A stretch of DNA of 64,000 bases from positions 331,895,402 through 331,959,401 of the forward strand of contig NC_085841.1 in assembly GCF_035594765.1 (NCBI RefSeq). Direction: 5' to 3'. Below, piece after piece: positions 1 to 13,099 of the stretch. The position numbers and the translations under genes were made by a program. The notes below the pieces were generated by a model. It had not been told where the DNA came from. It saw only the letters and a list, made by a program, of their open reading frames with translations, and ran no database searches. Positions within the stretch are counted from its first letter, which is position 1; the number at the start of each line of letters is the position of its first letter. The DNA comes from Anolis carolinensis. Its lineage: Eukaryota.

Positions 1-1074
1 GCCTACCTGGATTTCAGTAAGGCCTTCGACAAAGTCCCCCACGACCTTCTGGCAAATAAACTAGTAAAATGTGGGCTAGACAAAACTACGGTTAGGTGGA
101 TCTGCAATTGGCTAAGCGAACGAACCCAAAGGGTGCTCACCAATGCGTCATCTTCATCATGGAAAGAAGTGACAAGTGGAGTGCCGCAGGGCTCCGTCCT
201 GGGCCCGGTTCTGTTCAACATCTTTATTAACGACTTAGACGAAGGGTTAGAAGGCACGATCATCAAGTTTGCAGACGACACAAAACTGGGAGGGATAGCT
301 ATCACTCCAGAAGACAGGAGAAGAATTCAAAACGATCTTGACAGACTAGAGAGATGGGCCGAAACTAACAAAATGAAGTTCAACAGGGACAAATGCAAGA
401 TACTTCATTTCGGCAGAAAAAATGGAAATCAAAGATACAGAATGGGGGACGCCTGGCTTGACAGCAGTGTGTGCGAAAAAGACCTTGGAGTCCTCGTGGA
501 CAACAAGTTAAACATGAGCCAACAATGTGATGCAGCAGCTAAAAAAGCCAACGGGATTCTGGCCTGCATCAAGAGGGGAATAGCGTCTAGATCCAGGGAA
601 GTCATGCTCCCCCTCTATTCTGCCTTGGTCAGACTACAACTGGAATACTGCGTCCAATTCTGGGCACCACAGTTGAAGGGAGATGTTGACAAGCTGGAAA
701 GCGTCCAGAGGAGGGCGACTAAAATGATTAAGGGTCTGGAGAACAAGCCCTATGAGGAGCGGCTTAAAGAGCTGGGCATGTTTAGCCTGCAGAAGAGAAG
801 GCTGAGAGGAGACATGATGAGAGCCATGTACAAATACGTGAAGGGAAGTCCTAGGGAGGAGGGAGCAAGCTTCCTTTCTGCTGCCCTGCAGACTAGGAAA
901 CGGAACAATGGCTTCAAACTACAGGAAAGGAGATTCCACTTGAACATCAGGAAGAACTTCCTCACTGTGAGGGCTGTTCGACAGTGGAACTCTCTCCCCG
1001 GGGCCGTGGTGGAGGCTCCTTCCTTGGAGGCTTTTAAGCAGAGGCTGGATGGCCATCTGTCGGGGGTGCTTTGA
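1..1074 (+). CDS. CR1 ORF2 reverse transcriptase C-terminal part (5'-partial)
   Basis: Frame is open from base 1 (AYLDFSKAFDKVPH...) through the ORF-track 313-aa peptide to TGA at 1072-1074. Confidence 0.9.
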   Translation, partial: AYLDFSKAFDKVPHDLLANKLVKCGLDKTTVRWICNWLSERTQRVLTNASSSSWKEVTSGVPQGSVLGPVLFNIFINDLDEGLEGTIIKFADDTKLGGIAITPEDRRRIQNDLDRLERWAETNKMKFNRDKCKILHFGRKNGNQRYRMGDAWLDSSVCEKDLGVLVDNKLNMSQQCDAAAKKANGILACIKRGIASRSREVMLPLYSALVRLQLEYCVQFWAPQLKGDVDKLESVQRRATKMIKGLENKPYEERLKELGMFSLQKRRLRGDMMRAMYKYVKGSPREEGASFLSAALQTRKRNNGFKLQERRFHLNIRKNFLTVRAVRQWNSLPGAVVEAPSLEAFKQRLDGHLSGVL

Positions 1075-1162
1075 ATGCGATTTCCTGCTTCTTGGCAGGG
1101 GGTTGGACTGGATGGCCCATGAGGTCTCTTCCAACTCTACTATTCTATGATTCTATGATTCT
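1..1162 (+). mobile_element. Young CR1 LINE, 3' part (RT domain to 3' tail); continues upstream of the window
   Basis: Uninterrupted frame 1-1074 with YLDFSKAFD, GVPQGSVLGP and KFADD RT motifs; CR1 3' UTR; terminal (ATTCTATG)n repeat at about 1142-1162. Confidence 0.95.
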
Positions 1163-1220
1163 AGAGGAATCCCACCATTCAAGGGGCAAAGGTTCCAGAA
1201 TGCAGGACAGTATCTTACTA

Positions 1221-1542
1221 CAGTAGAGTCTCGCTTATCCAACGTAAACGGGCCGGCAGAACGTTGGATAAGCGGATATGTTGGATAATAAGGCGAGATT
1301 AAGCAAAAGCCTATTAAACATCAAATTAGGTTATGATTTTACAAATTAAGCACCAAAACATCATGTTATACAACAAATTTGACAGAAAAAATAGTTCAAT
1401 ACGCAGTAATGCTATGTAGTAATTACTGTATTTACGAATTTAGCACCAAAATATCACGATGTATTAAAAACAATGACTACAAAATGCGTTGGATAATCCA
1501 GAACGTTGGATAAGTGAGTGTTGGATAAGTGAGACTCTACTG
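1221..1542. mobile_element. Tc1/mariner/pogo-type MITE
   Basis: TIRs CAGTAGAGTCTCGCTTATCCAAC / GTTGGATAAGTGAGACTCTACTG flanked by TA on both sides. Confidence 0.9.
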
Positions 1543-1883
1543 TATTCAGATTATGGAGCTGTCATAGGATATAATCAGTCAGTCTCCTGTATCTATGGAT
1601 TCTATATCCACAGATTCACCATCCATGACGTCAAAATATTGAAGACAAACAAGCCCCGCAAACAAATCTTAATTTTGACATTTATATAAGAAACACTGTT
1701 TTACCCCAGCACTGTAGTATTAAAATAGGGAGCATCCACAGATTTCAGTATCCATGGGTCACAACAACATAGCCAAGTCTTCTGTCAACATTTTGTATTC
1801 AGTGCTAGCATAGCATTCAAAAATGTTAGCCGGTGATACATTTTCAAGTAGACTCAAAGACAGGTTTTTTTGTTTGTGAAGTC

Positions 1884-1889
1884 TTTATT
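1884..1889 (-). promoter_or_regulatory. Candidate distal polyadenylation signal AATAAA
   Basis: Minus-strand AATAAA at the edge of unique AT-rich sequence, just before the TE cluster at 1-1760. Confidence 0.25.
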
Positions 1890-3641
1890 AAGCAGAATGT
1901 AACTAAATTTTGTCAAGCAGTTTCTCTCAGCTTAACATGCATTATTTCCTTCTTCAAAGCCAATGCAGGATTTGCTTCACTGTCTCCGCCCTCCCCACAT
2001 GGTACTCAGCATTGTGCTATTTGTTCAAGGTGTAAAAAAGGCATATTTCTGGAAGAAAACATCTTGGGGAGGTAATTAAATTTTTACTTCAAATGTTAGT
2101 ATCTATAAAAAATCTAGGATATATATACATTATTACCAGAGAGGCATAGCAGCACAGTGCAATTTAAGACTTAGGAGTTACAGTTTGGAGGACAAGCTTG
2201 CTCTAGGCTATAAGAATATGGGCCACCATTAGCTTTGGGGCTGATGAGCCTTAAGCCTCAGACTCCATATGTTTGTCGTCCCCCACACTCCTAAATTTCC
2301 CCCTCTTCTACAGCCACAAATGAATGGAGGAGAGGTTTTTGATACAGGGGTTGCTGAAATACTGGCCAAAAGTGTATTTGGCAAAAGAACCACACAAAGA
2401 AGGTTTATATATTGCATTTTGCTTTGGACAGTGTTTTGGTAGCTACCTCACATTTTGGAATACTCCAGCTGCTCTAGACAAACACCTGTGTTAACAGATG
2501 AGTAGACAACTAGCCAGATAAGCTATATACATAGAAAAGTTATCTTCCATCATGTCATTAATCATACAGCAGTCCCTAAAGAAATCAACGAGATCATGCT
2601 ATGCACAACATAATAGAGACAAAAGTGGTTCTTAAAAATCTGGACCTCTTATAATGCTCGCTGAATAAACAGGGCTCAAAGTAACCAATATGAAATTATC
2701 AAATTAAGGCCAGTTGATCAAACTTAAGAGTAGTGAAGGATGTATATTTTCGAATGTGGCTTGCCCTTTAGCGCTCAAAACTGTTAAAGGGCACATTTGA
2801 AAATGTATTGATTTACAGGACAAAAATTGAGTCAATAAAGGCCTTTTACGTATAAAAGAACAGCCTGACACACTTTCAGAAAAAAATGGCAACATACCCA
2901 ATTAAAGAAACAATATTCCTTTTAGTATCACTGCAAAGGCCTTTCAAGCCAATCTGAACTTATGTCACATCAAAATGTAAAGTACACACAAGCTGCTTTT
3001 AAAATAATTGAATTGAAGATAAAGGGGTAGGTATGTGGGAGTTCAGATTAATCGATTTTGGAGAGAACAAACTCCTTTTATGATAAATTAATTGATACAT
3101 TATCAAATTATTCGTATAACAATAGTTTGTTTTTGGGAGATGGAATGGAGTGATCTAGCCTCAAATTGATAGTTTCTGAGAAAAATATAAAGATTGCACA
3201 AAGCAAATTCCTGAAACCTTTTTAAAATCTGGTATTGATAAGCAGTTGGGGATTTAAACACGAAGATGATAAAGAATCTACCTTTTCCTTGAAATACGTA
3301 AGATTGTTTTTGAGAATTGATACGTTTTTTATCTCAAAGTCTATAGCAAATGGAATTACAAAATTTGACAGAATATTTTGAAGATAGCTTGGATAAAGGC
3401 ATGGACATTAGAAAGGTAGGGCACTCAAGTGAAGTCTTTATGAGGCTGGTTTAATATTGTACAACAGAATGCGAAATTAAAAAGGAAGAGATAGCAAAGA
3501 TGCAATTATTATTGCCAGTGATTAAAAAGAAGAATGAAATAACTCTCATCATGAACAAGGTCGTGAACAATAAAAAATATTGCAGAGTCAAGTATTAATG
3601 ATGATGGTAAGTGAAATAAAAACATGTACAATGTGCTAAAC

Positions 3642-4383
3642 CAGGGTTTCTCAAACTTTTTGAGCTACGGGGCCCTTTTTGAAGTTTCTTGTGGAGCCCC
3701 AAGAAATGTTTATATATTATATATAATGTATGGTCTGGGAATGTGGCAGATGGATAGAGAGTTTTGTGTGAGCTAATTCACACAGTACAACAAAACAAAT
3801 TAAAAAAAGGAAAGAAAGAACAATACAATATTTAAAATGAAGAACAATTTTAACCAGCATAAGCTTAACAGTATTTCAGTAGAAGATCCTCCAGGCCATC
3901 CAGTCCAACCCTCTTCTGCCATGCAGGAAAAGCACAATCAAAACACCAACAGATGGCGATCTAGCCTTTGTAATTAATAGTACAGTAATTAATAATAATA
4001 ATAATGGTAGAAATCCCAGAGCCCATCCAGTCCAACCCCCTGCTATGGAGGAGAAACATAATCAAAGCACCCCCTGAAATAGGGCTTTGGAAGCAAAGAA
4101 CGCCATTTTTTTGGGGGGGGGGGGGTCTGGTTGGCAAGAAAAAGAGTCCAGGCAGCGATCGAGTCAAAGGGAAAGGGTCTGGGCAGTCCGAAAAAAAGTC
4201 TGGGCAGTGGAAAAAATGTCTGTGCCCCAGGAGGACACTAATGTTGCTGCTGTTTCCAGCACCTCAAAACTTTAATATCCCTGCATTTCTCAGGAGGAGG
4301 AAAGAGGAGGAGGTGGGAAGCAGCCCCTCACTATCACCAGTGGAGCCCCAAGGACTCCGCAGAGCACAGTTTGAGAACCCCTG
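3642..4383. mobile_element. Non-autonomous hAT transposon
   Basis: TIRs CAGGGTTTCTCAAACT / AGTTTGAGAACCCCTG; perfect 8-bp TSD TGCTAAAC at 3634-3641 and 4384-4391. Confidence 0.9.
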
Positions 4384-4517
4384 TGCTAAACAATAGAATT
4401 TCAAATTTGCAAATAAATCAAGGAGATGATTTATGCATAAATTGAGGTAAGAGAAAACGTTAAAGATACAAAAAGGGCAAGGAACAGTGATAGTGTAAAC
4501 ATCTGTAAAGTGTCGTG

Positions 4518-4518
<1 letters not shown>

Positions 4519-4549
<31 letters not shown>
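4519..4549. repeat. (CAT)n microsatellite
   Basis: About 10 tandem CAT units. Confidence 0.95.
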
Positions 4550-4550
<1 letters not shown>

Positions 4551-7071
4551 ATGATATAGTGCGGACAAATATGGACAAGAAACTATGGTTCTGAGTTGAA
4601 TAAATCAGAATTTGAGACACTTGTGCCCTGATGATGAACATTTGATTGGTAAGATGTATAATTTTCTTAAAAATGGAAGAAGGAAGAAGAACAAGTTGAA
4701 GACTATATGATGAAATGGCCACAACATTTTGGATACTGTAGTTAGAACAATGGTCAAAAGGAATGGAATGTACATAACATTATGCTCTGAAAGAGATTTT
4801 TAATAAGATGATTAAAATTGGTATTTAACATCAGAAAAAATGGCCAAATTCATTAAAGGCATTTTTAATATACGTTGGAAATGTGGGTTCTTTTCACCAT
4901 ATATGGCGGACTTGTGGATTGCCCAAAAATTCTGGAATCAAATACATACAATTTACAAGTTAATTTTCAAGTGAAACCTGAATGGTATCTATTGGTGGAG
5001 GACAAAGTGGAGAAGAAATATGGAACACTGCTGTGATATATGACCATAGCAGCAAGACTATGTGCAGAAGTGGAAGAATAAAATTATACCAATGTATGAA
5101 AAAGGTTCAAATGTTTGGACTTAGCTGCAATGAAAAAATATAAGAATTCTGATTACAGAAAAATCACTGGTGACTTTTTCACAGAACTACGAAGTTTTAA
5201 TTGGCTTTTTTTTGATAGATTGAGAAATTATTGACTTTGACATTTGCTTTGATAATTAATAGGTTTGTTTGAGTAGTGAAGCACATACATATTAACTATA
5301 TTTGAAGAGGTTTTTAAAATTTAATTCTATGTAATCATCATTAGGAAGGTTGGAGATCAAATTTATATACTTTTTCTTACTGCTTTTACACTTCTTACTA
5401 TTTTCTTTTTACTTGTATTGGTTTTTCTTTTCTTTTGATTCACTGCCCTTTGAGTCTTTGTTCTTATTGTATATGAACATCTCTAAGAAAGATCTTAAAC
5501 TAAAAGGCTTTTTTGAAAATTAAAATATGTGCACACTTTTTTTGCAATTCATACACACCGAGATATATATGCTCTGGAATTCACACCAGTACAAAAAAAG
5601 AAAAAGAAAATCTGGCCTTTAGATAAGCACACTCTGTATGTTATATAAATTTCATCTTCCAAGAAAACAAAACAAGACAATGGAAACAAAGTCTAATGAT
5701 CCCACATTTATACTCTGGTCCTGACACAGCCAGCACACAAGTAGAGAGAGGTATCTAACAGCAAGCAGCATCCAGATGTTGAAAACTAAAAAGTAGAGGG
5801 AGATGCTACATAGCCATGACAATAATTTGGTGACAAGTTTTTCAAACTGTGATAAAGGACTTAATTCTACAAATTGATGTTTGAGACATGAAGGAAGGCA
5901 GCTGTCGTGTCTACCAGCCAAGTCATTTGCAGGTCCCTTAAGCCCACCATTATAAGTCCCTTTCGTCTTATGGTGCTCAGCCTTGCTGGGATTGGGGAAA
6001 TGACCACCCTCTGAATTTTGGTATGGTTCAAAAACAACAAATACCCACATAGCAAGTGATCTTTCCTAGTTCTCTCAGGCTTTTCTATGTGTTCACAACA
6101 TTCAATGTGCAAGAGCAATTTATCTGATACAAAAACTTAGTAGACTGAGATCAGGCATTAAAGAGGACTTTAAGAGCTTAAACTCAAGCAATTTTGCCTT
6201 TGGTACAATATGAGATGTAAAAAAGTAACAGTTCTACATTTTTCAGGTGTGCAAACAAACTTGGTGGATAAACTAGGCTACAACATTGGCCTTTTGGAAT
6301 ACTCTCCATGTAAATACATAGTATTTCTGTACTTTGAGTCTGGTTTCCTCTGCTATGAAATTCTGTCTGCTTTCTCAAGAGAACAACCATACAGACAGTA
6401 GAGTGTCCTTTCAAAACCAGGAAAAGTTGTCCTTTTCATTCCCATGAACCTTATCCCATTACACTGTATATTAGGAACCACCATGACAGAGTGACACTAT
6501 AAACTGTCCTGTGAAGAAAAGTCATTATCATAGGGACATGTGGTCTTTGTGCTAAACAGTTCTATTGCATGGTATGTATGGGATACATTGAATCACCATC
6601 TTTTCTTCTAAAGAGCTTATACATCAAGTTTACTAAAAGATGTGTATGTGCATGTGAATACATACATGCACAACATTCAGTAATTGCAACTTCAAGACAT
6701 TTGTCTTCTGTGTCGTTTTGCTTCCTTATCTTTCATTCAAAGCTTACATAGAAAAAGAAACATCCTCAGGGAATCAGACCATACCTTTAACTATCTTCCT
6801 CATTCCTGAATTCAAAGTTAGCCCAAATACTCAAAATATAATACCTGCTCAAATGTATTCCGCTAAATGCATTTTAGTTCATTTTGCTTTCAGTTTTTCA
6901 GAAATACTTCTCCAAAAGCAGTTGTGAAAACACAACGGTAAAACGATGATAAAAAACAGACTGCATTTACTGCATACAAGTTAGCTCTTCTTTAGACCAC
7001 TTTGTACTATCTTAAGATTGCTCTGTGATGATATAAGAACATTTCCTTTTAGTGGAAGGAAAAAATTGCAG

Positions 7072-7077
7072 TTTATT
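7072..7077 (-). promoter_or_regulatory. Candidate proximal polyadenylation signal AATAAA of the SPTLC2 3' UTR
   Basis: Minus-strand AATAAA about 2.4 kb after the stop codon, followed by U-rich sequence; use not demonstrated. Confidence 0.3.
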
Positions 7078-9459
7078 ATTTTCTGATGAAAAATGTTCAG
7101 CTTCATTTTGGGTGTCAAAAGCTATGTAGAGAATAAAGTTAGTTCGGTTTAGTGGCAGCAAGTTATTTAGCTGAAATATAAGGAACAATTTGCAAAACAA
7201 TTTAATTATTATATTTGGTCCAGTCCTATGTCCTATGTAATGAAAGTGCTACATTTCTAGTTGTTGCAGGAAATTATGATGTATGTACATTTGACGTCCT
7301 TATATATGTTTGCTGCAGAATGGAGTGTTTATACATATGATCAACATTTCCTGATACAACCATAATATGTAGCTTATTCCCAGAGTCAATATTTTTCCCA
7401 CAGTCAATATTTTTCAGTAATTTTGAACAGAAGAAACCTAGGAATGGTGGGTGGTGGATTCTCAAGAGAAACATTTTAACATCCAATAAAAATGGACATC
7501 ATAATTACCAATAAAAGCACTTTTTAGTGAATAAACCAGTTTAGTTGAAGTATTCTTCAAAAACATTTACAGATACTTGTATTATTAATTTCCCTCTTCT
7601 GTGCATTTTGTTCACATTGCTAAAGGCCCTGTGGCACAGTCAGGCAGAACAGAGCCTTTTGATATTCACATGTTCAATACATAAGACCAAGTGCTCTTAG
7701 AACTCCCCTCCCCCTTCATTTCAGACCTTGGCAAACTATGCTGCAAACTATCAGTAAGTGCAGTCTGTTATCCTTTCTCGGGATTTCTTATTTCCAAGCC
7801 ATACCATGAAAATCCTAACTCTGATATAACCGAGATTCATGCCACACTGAAGCTGGTGCAAAATGTGAAAATGGTTCTGTGGTTAAAGAATAAAAAGTTA
7901 ATCCATTGTGCTGTGACTTCATAATGCACACATGCAAAAGGATCATATACTGTACCCTTGTTGATGAATGGCTCATATATGAATTCAGAATTCAAAACAT
8001 AACAATACACAGTAAACTAAACTCACTTGAGACAGTGTAGACATTTTTATAACACTTAAAGTGCAACTCGTATTCCAAGATCAACTGCTGTCTCACTTCT
8101 GAAAATGAAATCCTCCAACATCATTTCCCCTCTGCCCAGCACTATTCTGAGCATCTTAGGGCAAAAATCTACAGGAATCCACAGGAGTGCTATGGGAACT
8201 CTTATCTCATGTCAAAGAAATGGCTGATGCCTCTCAACAGAATCCCAACAGACTAAGAGTTTACTTTATCATGGAGAATCATGTTTGTTCTTCATACACA
8301 GATTGCTCTCAAAACTATTTCCCAAAACAATCCAGGCAAACCTACCTGAGCATATGTAGTGTTGTGGATCTGGCCTCATTTTATCTACCTTCTGTGGCCA
8401 TAAAAAGCAGCTAATTTAGTCAATTTAGTCAAAGCAATGAAAAAATCATGAAAAGGCTTCTGCCGTCAATGTTCATGCTTTCACAGAAATGCACTATTCA
8501 GGCAAAAATTAAAAATCTAGCTTTACCAGGATATAGAAGAGGAATGTTATAACATGAAAGGAGGGAAAGTAAGGAATCTTTTACATTTAAGCCTTTTCCC
8601 TCTAATCAATCCATCTGACCTTGGCCTCTTCCCCCAAGAGTTAATGCCAGAAGAGACTAGACGCTGGTTGGTCCAATAAACAACAGAACTGATACAGGAC
8701 AATGGAATAGTGGCTGCATCTCAGAGCTGGTATGTGATTCTGTATCAGAGAAATTTCCATATAAAGAGTTGGGCTGCCCTAAAATATCCTTTTCTACTTA
8801 CCCTAAGACAGCTGGTACTCAAACTGAAAAAAAAATGGTTAAGGCCCTGGAAGATTTCCTGTTTTGTGCCCTTGTTTCTCGTGTAGCAAGGCAACCATCA
8901 TTTTAATAACAAAAAAGATAAAAAATGACATCATAAATGGAAAAAGAAAATACTTTGGTTGATTATTTCTTGTTAAATATATTTTAAGTTAGCTGTCAAC
9001 AATTTCCTCAGAAGCCTCGACTGAACAAACTGCCTGGTCTTGCACTCTCAAGAAGATTAGACTTTAGTCATGAAAAAAAGGAAATGTTGTGACAGAATCA
9101 TTGCAACATACTGTGTTACATTAAGAATGCCCCCCTGGAAACATGATGGGGAACACCTCCACTGCCAATAATTGTCACTGGGATGTTGTTGTGACAAATA
9201 AATAAGGGAGCAGCGTTTAAAAAATGTAAGCAAAGCTCTTTTCCAGAGCAAGACCTTGAAGCAACAGAATAAAAGCCAGGGTTTGTTTTGCCATCACAAC
9301 ACACCACGTAGAGCTGCTGTGGCCACTTCAGTTTTGTGAGTAAAAAGTCATTCTGTTTAAGATAAGCAGTCGTTAAGTGTTTGGTTCAAGGTCCTTGGCC
9401 TCTGAGTCACACAGAGTTCTGAGGAGTGTGCCCTGTCTGCAAAAAGACATGGAAAGAAC

Positions 9460-9579
<120 letters not shown>

Positions 9580-9698
9580 CTAGAAAAGGAAAATAAACAA
9601 GTGTAAGAGGGAGATCAATTCCCCTCCTTCAAAAATGTGACAACAAACAAATTGTACACTGCTGCTGCTACTACTACTACTACTACCACTACCACAAC

Positions 9699-9915
9699 TG
9701 TGTGTCTTCAAGATGTTTCTGACTTAAACCAAACCTATCATGGGGTTTTCTTCACAAGATTTGTTCAGAATGGAGTTGCTTTTGCCTTTCTCTGAGGATC
9801 AGAAAACATAACTTGCCCGAGGTCACCCAGTAGATTTTTACAGCTGAGCAAGGATTTGAACCCTGATCTTCAGAGTCATAATTCAATGTTCAAACCACTA
9901 CACCATGCTGACTCT
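9699..9915 (-). mobile_element. tRNA-derived SINE (Anolis SINE2-like)
   Basis: Minus strand begins CAGCATGGTGTAGTGG (A box) and contains GGTTCAAATCC (B box); simple-repeat tail. Confidence 0.75.
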
Positions 9916-12431
9916 CACTACTACTACTACTTCTATTGCACTACTACTTTAAAAAACGTATACAGCTAAACCTGAACCACATGTGGTGTTTGAAACTACC
10001 TTGTTTCACAAGCAGATTGTTGGCAAGCTGCAAGCTTACATGAGTCTGCACAGTATCACTGTTAAAAAGCCTATGTGTTGACATGTGTAAATTGCCGATG
10101 AGGCTTGGAAATGGGAGAAACAAGTCCAGCCATAACGGTTGCAGTCTTCCAGGGCAGATGGAGTATGATTGCACAACTGGGATGGTTTCAGAATTAGCTT
10201 TTATTTGAACTAACTGAACAAGAACACCTTAGGAAGTTTTAAGAATATAACTCCAATTACCAACTACTATAGATGAGGTTCCCCAACAAAGACATGGGAA
10301 AGTACCAGTTAGATTTTTGAGTACATGAGGCAAAGAGCCTCATAAGCAGGATATTTTGCAGGTAGCAAGGACACCCATTCTAATGAAAACCAAATTACTT
10401 TAGACAGACTAATTTGCCCTGGACAACTGGCTTTTTATTTGATAAACGAAATAGCACTCTTTCCAATATCTTATTTTGCCATTCCCTTTCTATATTTCCT
10501 GAAATGCATTCTGCAACATTTTGACAGCACAAGCTACTTGGTATGAAAATTGAGGATTTCAAAAACTTCAGCTTTTATTTTAAGAAAGTTCTAATTCTGA
10601 GCATGTGAAGTTTAAAGTTTGAACATGTGGAAACATTCCAATCTCTAAAGTCAGGAGAATAGGATATCTAGTGATTCTGTATAACAGAAAGAGAGGCAGA
10701 AAGACAAAATAATTAAAGACCGAATGCCTTGCACAGTTCCATGTGTCTCCGATGGTTAACGAAAAGTGTAATATAAAAAAAATTAGCAAAAGCAGGCACA
10801 TTTTTTTTTATTATTCTTGGTTCAGGATGTAAGTTACTTGGGACTTTTTAAAAAGTACAAAACACACACAGGCCCTGCTCACTGTTAACACCTTCCACTA
10901 CTTCAGTCAATGAAATTCAAGTAATTTCTGGATCTCTTTATATATAATCTGTTCTAGCAAGAACTATCATAGTCACACAATCTTTCCCAGATATGCACTG
11001 AACTATTTTTAAAGTCACAAGTTCTCACCTCTCCTAGTTTTTCTGCAAACTCTTTTATGAATGTCCCCCAACACCTTTTCATTCTTGCCCTTTCTTCCTA
11101 GAAATCATCTTTGGCAAATGTGCAGAAATATCAAGCTCCCTAATCCACCCGGTATTTCAGTAACTCTTTTTCCTTCACAACCTCTCTGGCCCGAATGACC
11201 AAAAATGTGATGTGTACAAATGAGTGCCATATGCATGAAACTGAAAGGTGGTAACAATGTTTTGGAGAGCCCCCTCCCCAATAGAGGCCCAATATACTCT
11301 GAAGAGGGGGGCGACAGGGAAAAAAAGGAACAAGGTTAGACATTTCCAAACATGGTCGAAACTGAGCACATTTTAAGCAGAGATTTAGTTAAAAAAACAA
11401 CATATGGAAACAATTTGAGGTTGAATTTCTGTTGAAAGCATTTGTTAACTGTTATTCTTGAACCCAGATTTAGGATTTTATTAATTTAAAACAAAGACGA
11501 ACACGTGACTTGCAAAGACTACAAAGGAAATGGCACTGGTGAACTCTGACTTCAGGAAAGTGTAATATATTTTTCATCACTGAAAAGAAAGCACCAGCCC
11601 ACAGGGATGCAAGTTATGAGAGGCTTTGCTCTGATCCATGGCCAAAGTATTTTCAGGGAAGGAAGTTTTATTTACATAAAACAGTTATACATTGTAAAAG
11701 AGAAACAGTGCCCATCATGTGCATTGATTTAATAAGGAAGCATTATAAATCTCAGGTTTTTAAAAAAGAGATTTCTATACTCAACATGGGGAGGAGAGAG
11801 AATAGAAAATAAAAAAGAAGGAAAGAGAGAGCAAGACCCAGGCGTCTATGGACAAAGTCTCTATTCCACATTCAGCTCAGTTTCAGTTCTGATAACCTGG
11901 AATGTTAACACAATGATAATTTAGTAAAGGCGGGTTATATCTCATGATGAGCACTCCGACCATGTTGGCTATGTGTAATATTACTTATTTTAAAGGAACT
12001 GAAGGGTCAAGACTCCATTAATATTTCACAGATTTCTAGTATGGATATCAATAGTAGTGCCATAATTTTTCAATTTCCCATGCTAGTCTTCATGTTAAGG
12101 TGGATACCAGCTACTGTCAGATAAACAGGCAGGCAGATTTGGAACATAACTATTAAATTCAGAAAGCAGTCATACATGATTTTTGGCTTCAGAAAAGTTC
12201 TGTGGCATCTTAAAAGCTAGTGAACTTAGGAGTGGCATGAGATTTTGCTGATTAAAGTTGGATGTAGTTATGTTATCTGTTGTCTATAAAACTGTATTCC
12301 ACAATAAATTTGTTAATCTTTAAGGTTAGCATTTGAAAGAAAGAGACGTATACTTTAAAACCCCAATTTAAAAAAAAGAAATAGCAACTTTTCTGAACTA
12401 TTTAAATTTAATGAAATCTTGTGCCATAATA

Positions 12432-12745
12432 TAGGTTGAGTATTCCTTATCAAAATGTTTGGGACCAAAAGTATTTGGAATTTTTCAAATTTTGGAATAC
12501 TCCGTATTTGCATATAAACATAAGGCGATATCTTAGAGATAGAACCCAAGTCTAAACATTAAATTCTTTGATTTTTCATATACACCTTTAAACACATAGC
12601 CTGAAGGTAATTTAATACAATATTTGTAATACTTTTGCACATGAAATAAAGATAGTGTACAAAGGTGTCACTATTACAGCTACTCATGGGGATAGTTTCA
12701 AATTTTATAATATTTTGGATTTCCAGATAAAGGGTGTTCAACCTT
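12432..12745. mobile_element. Tigger/pogo-like MITE (MER46/Tigger4-like termini)
   Basis: Termini (T)AGGTTGAGTATTCCTTATC ... GATAAAGGGTGTTCAACCT are imperfect inverted repeats. Confidence 0.65.
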
Positions 12746-12833
12746 TAATGTCAAATCTGTGCAATTACTTAACTAGTCCTGCTGTAATATAATTATTTTA
12801 GGTTGCATCCAAAATTTCCAAATCCTTGTGCTT

Positions 12834-13099
12834 CCCCCCCGTGTCAGGAGCGACTTGAAAAGTCACTTCTGGAGTGAGAGAATTGGCCGTCTGCAAGGAC
12901 GTTGCCCAGGGGACGCCCAGATGTTTTGATGTTTTACCATCCTTGTGGGAGGCTTCTCTCATGTCATCGCATGGAGCTGGAGCTGATAGAGGGAGCTCAT
13001 CCGCGCTCTCCCCGGGTGAGATTCGAACCTGGCAGCTTGCAGATCAGCAGCCCAACCTTCAAGTCACAAGGCTTTAACCCATTACTCCACCGGGGGCTC
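12834..13099 (-). mobile_element. Sauria/ACASINE-type tRNA-derived SINE
   Basis: Minus-strand head GAGCCCCCGGTGGAGTAATGG ... GGTTCGAATC (B box); 11-bp TSD TCCTTGTGCTT at 12823-12833 and 13100-13110. Confidence 0.85.

Larger units (their letters stand above)
3000..5520 (+). mobile_element. Degenerate L1-clade LINE 3' remnant, interrupted by a hAT element; boundaries approximate
   Basis: A-rich coding-like decay; remnant of the C-terminal Cys/His motif near 4873-4940 (RWKC / GSFHHIWRTC); T-rich 3' UTR-like tract at about 5370-5470. Confidence 0.5.

Noticed and set aside
4264-4722. 152-aa minus ORF with poly-Met, and similar poly-Ile/poly-Leu ORFs at 15996 and 25406
   Set aside because: Translations of trinucleotide microsatellites within TE debris.
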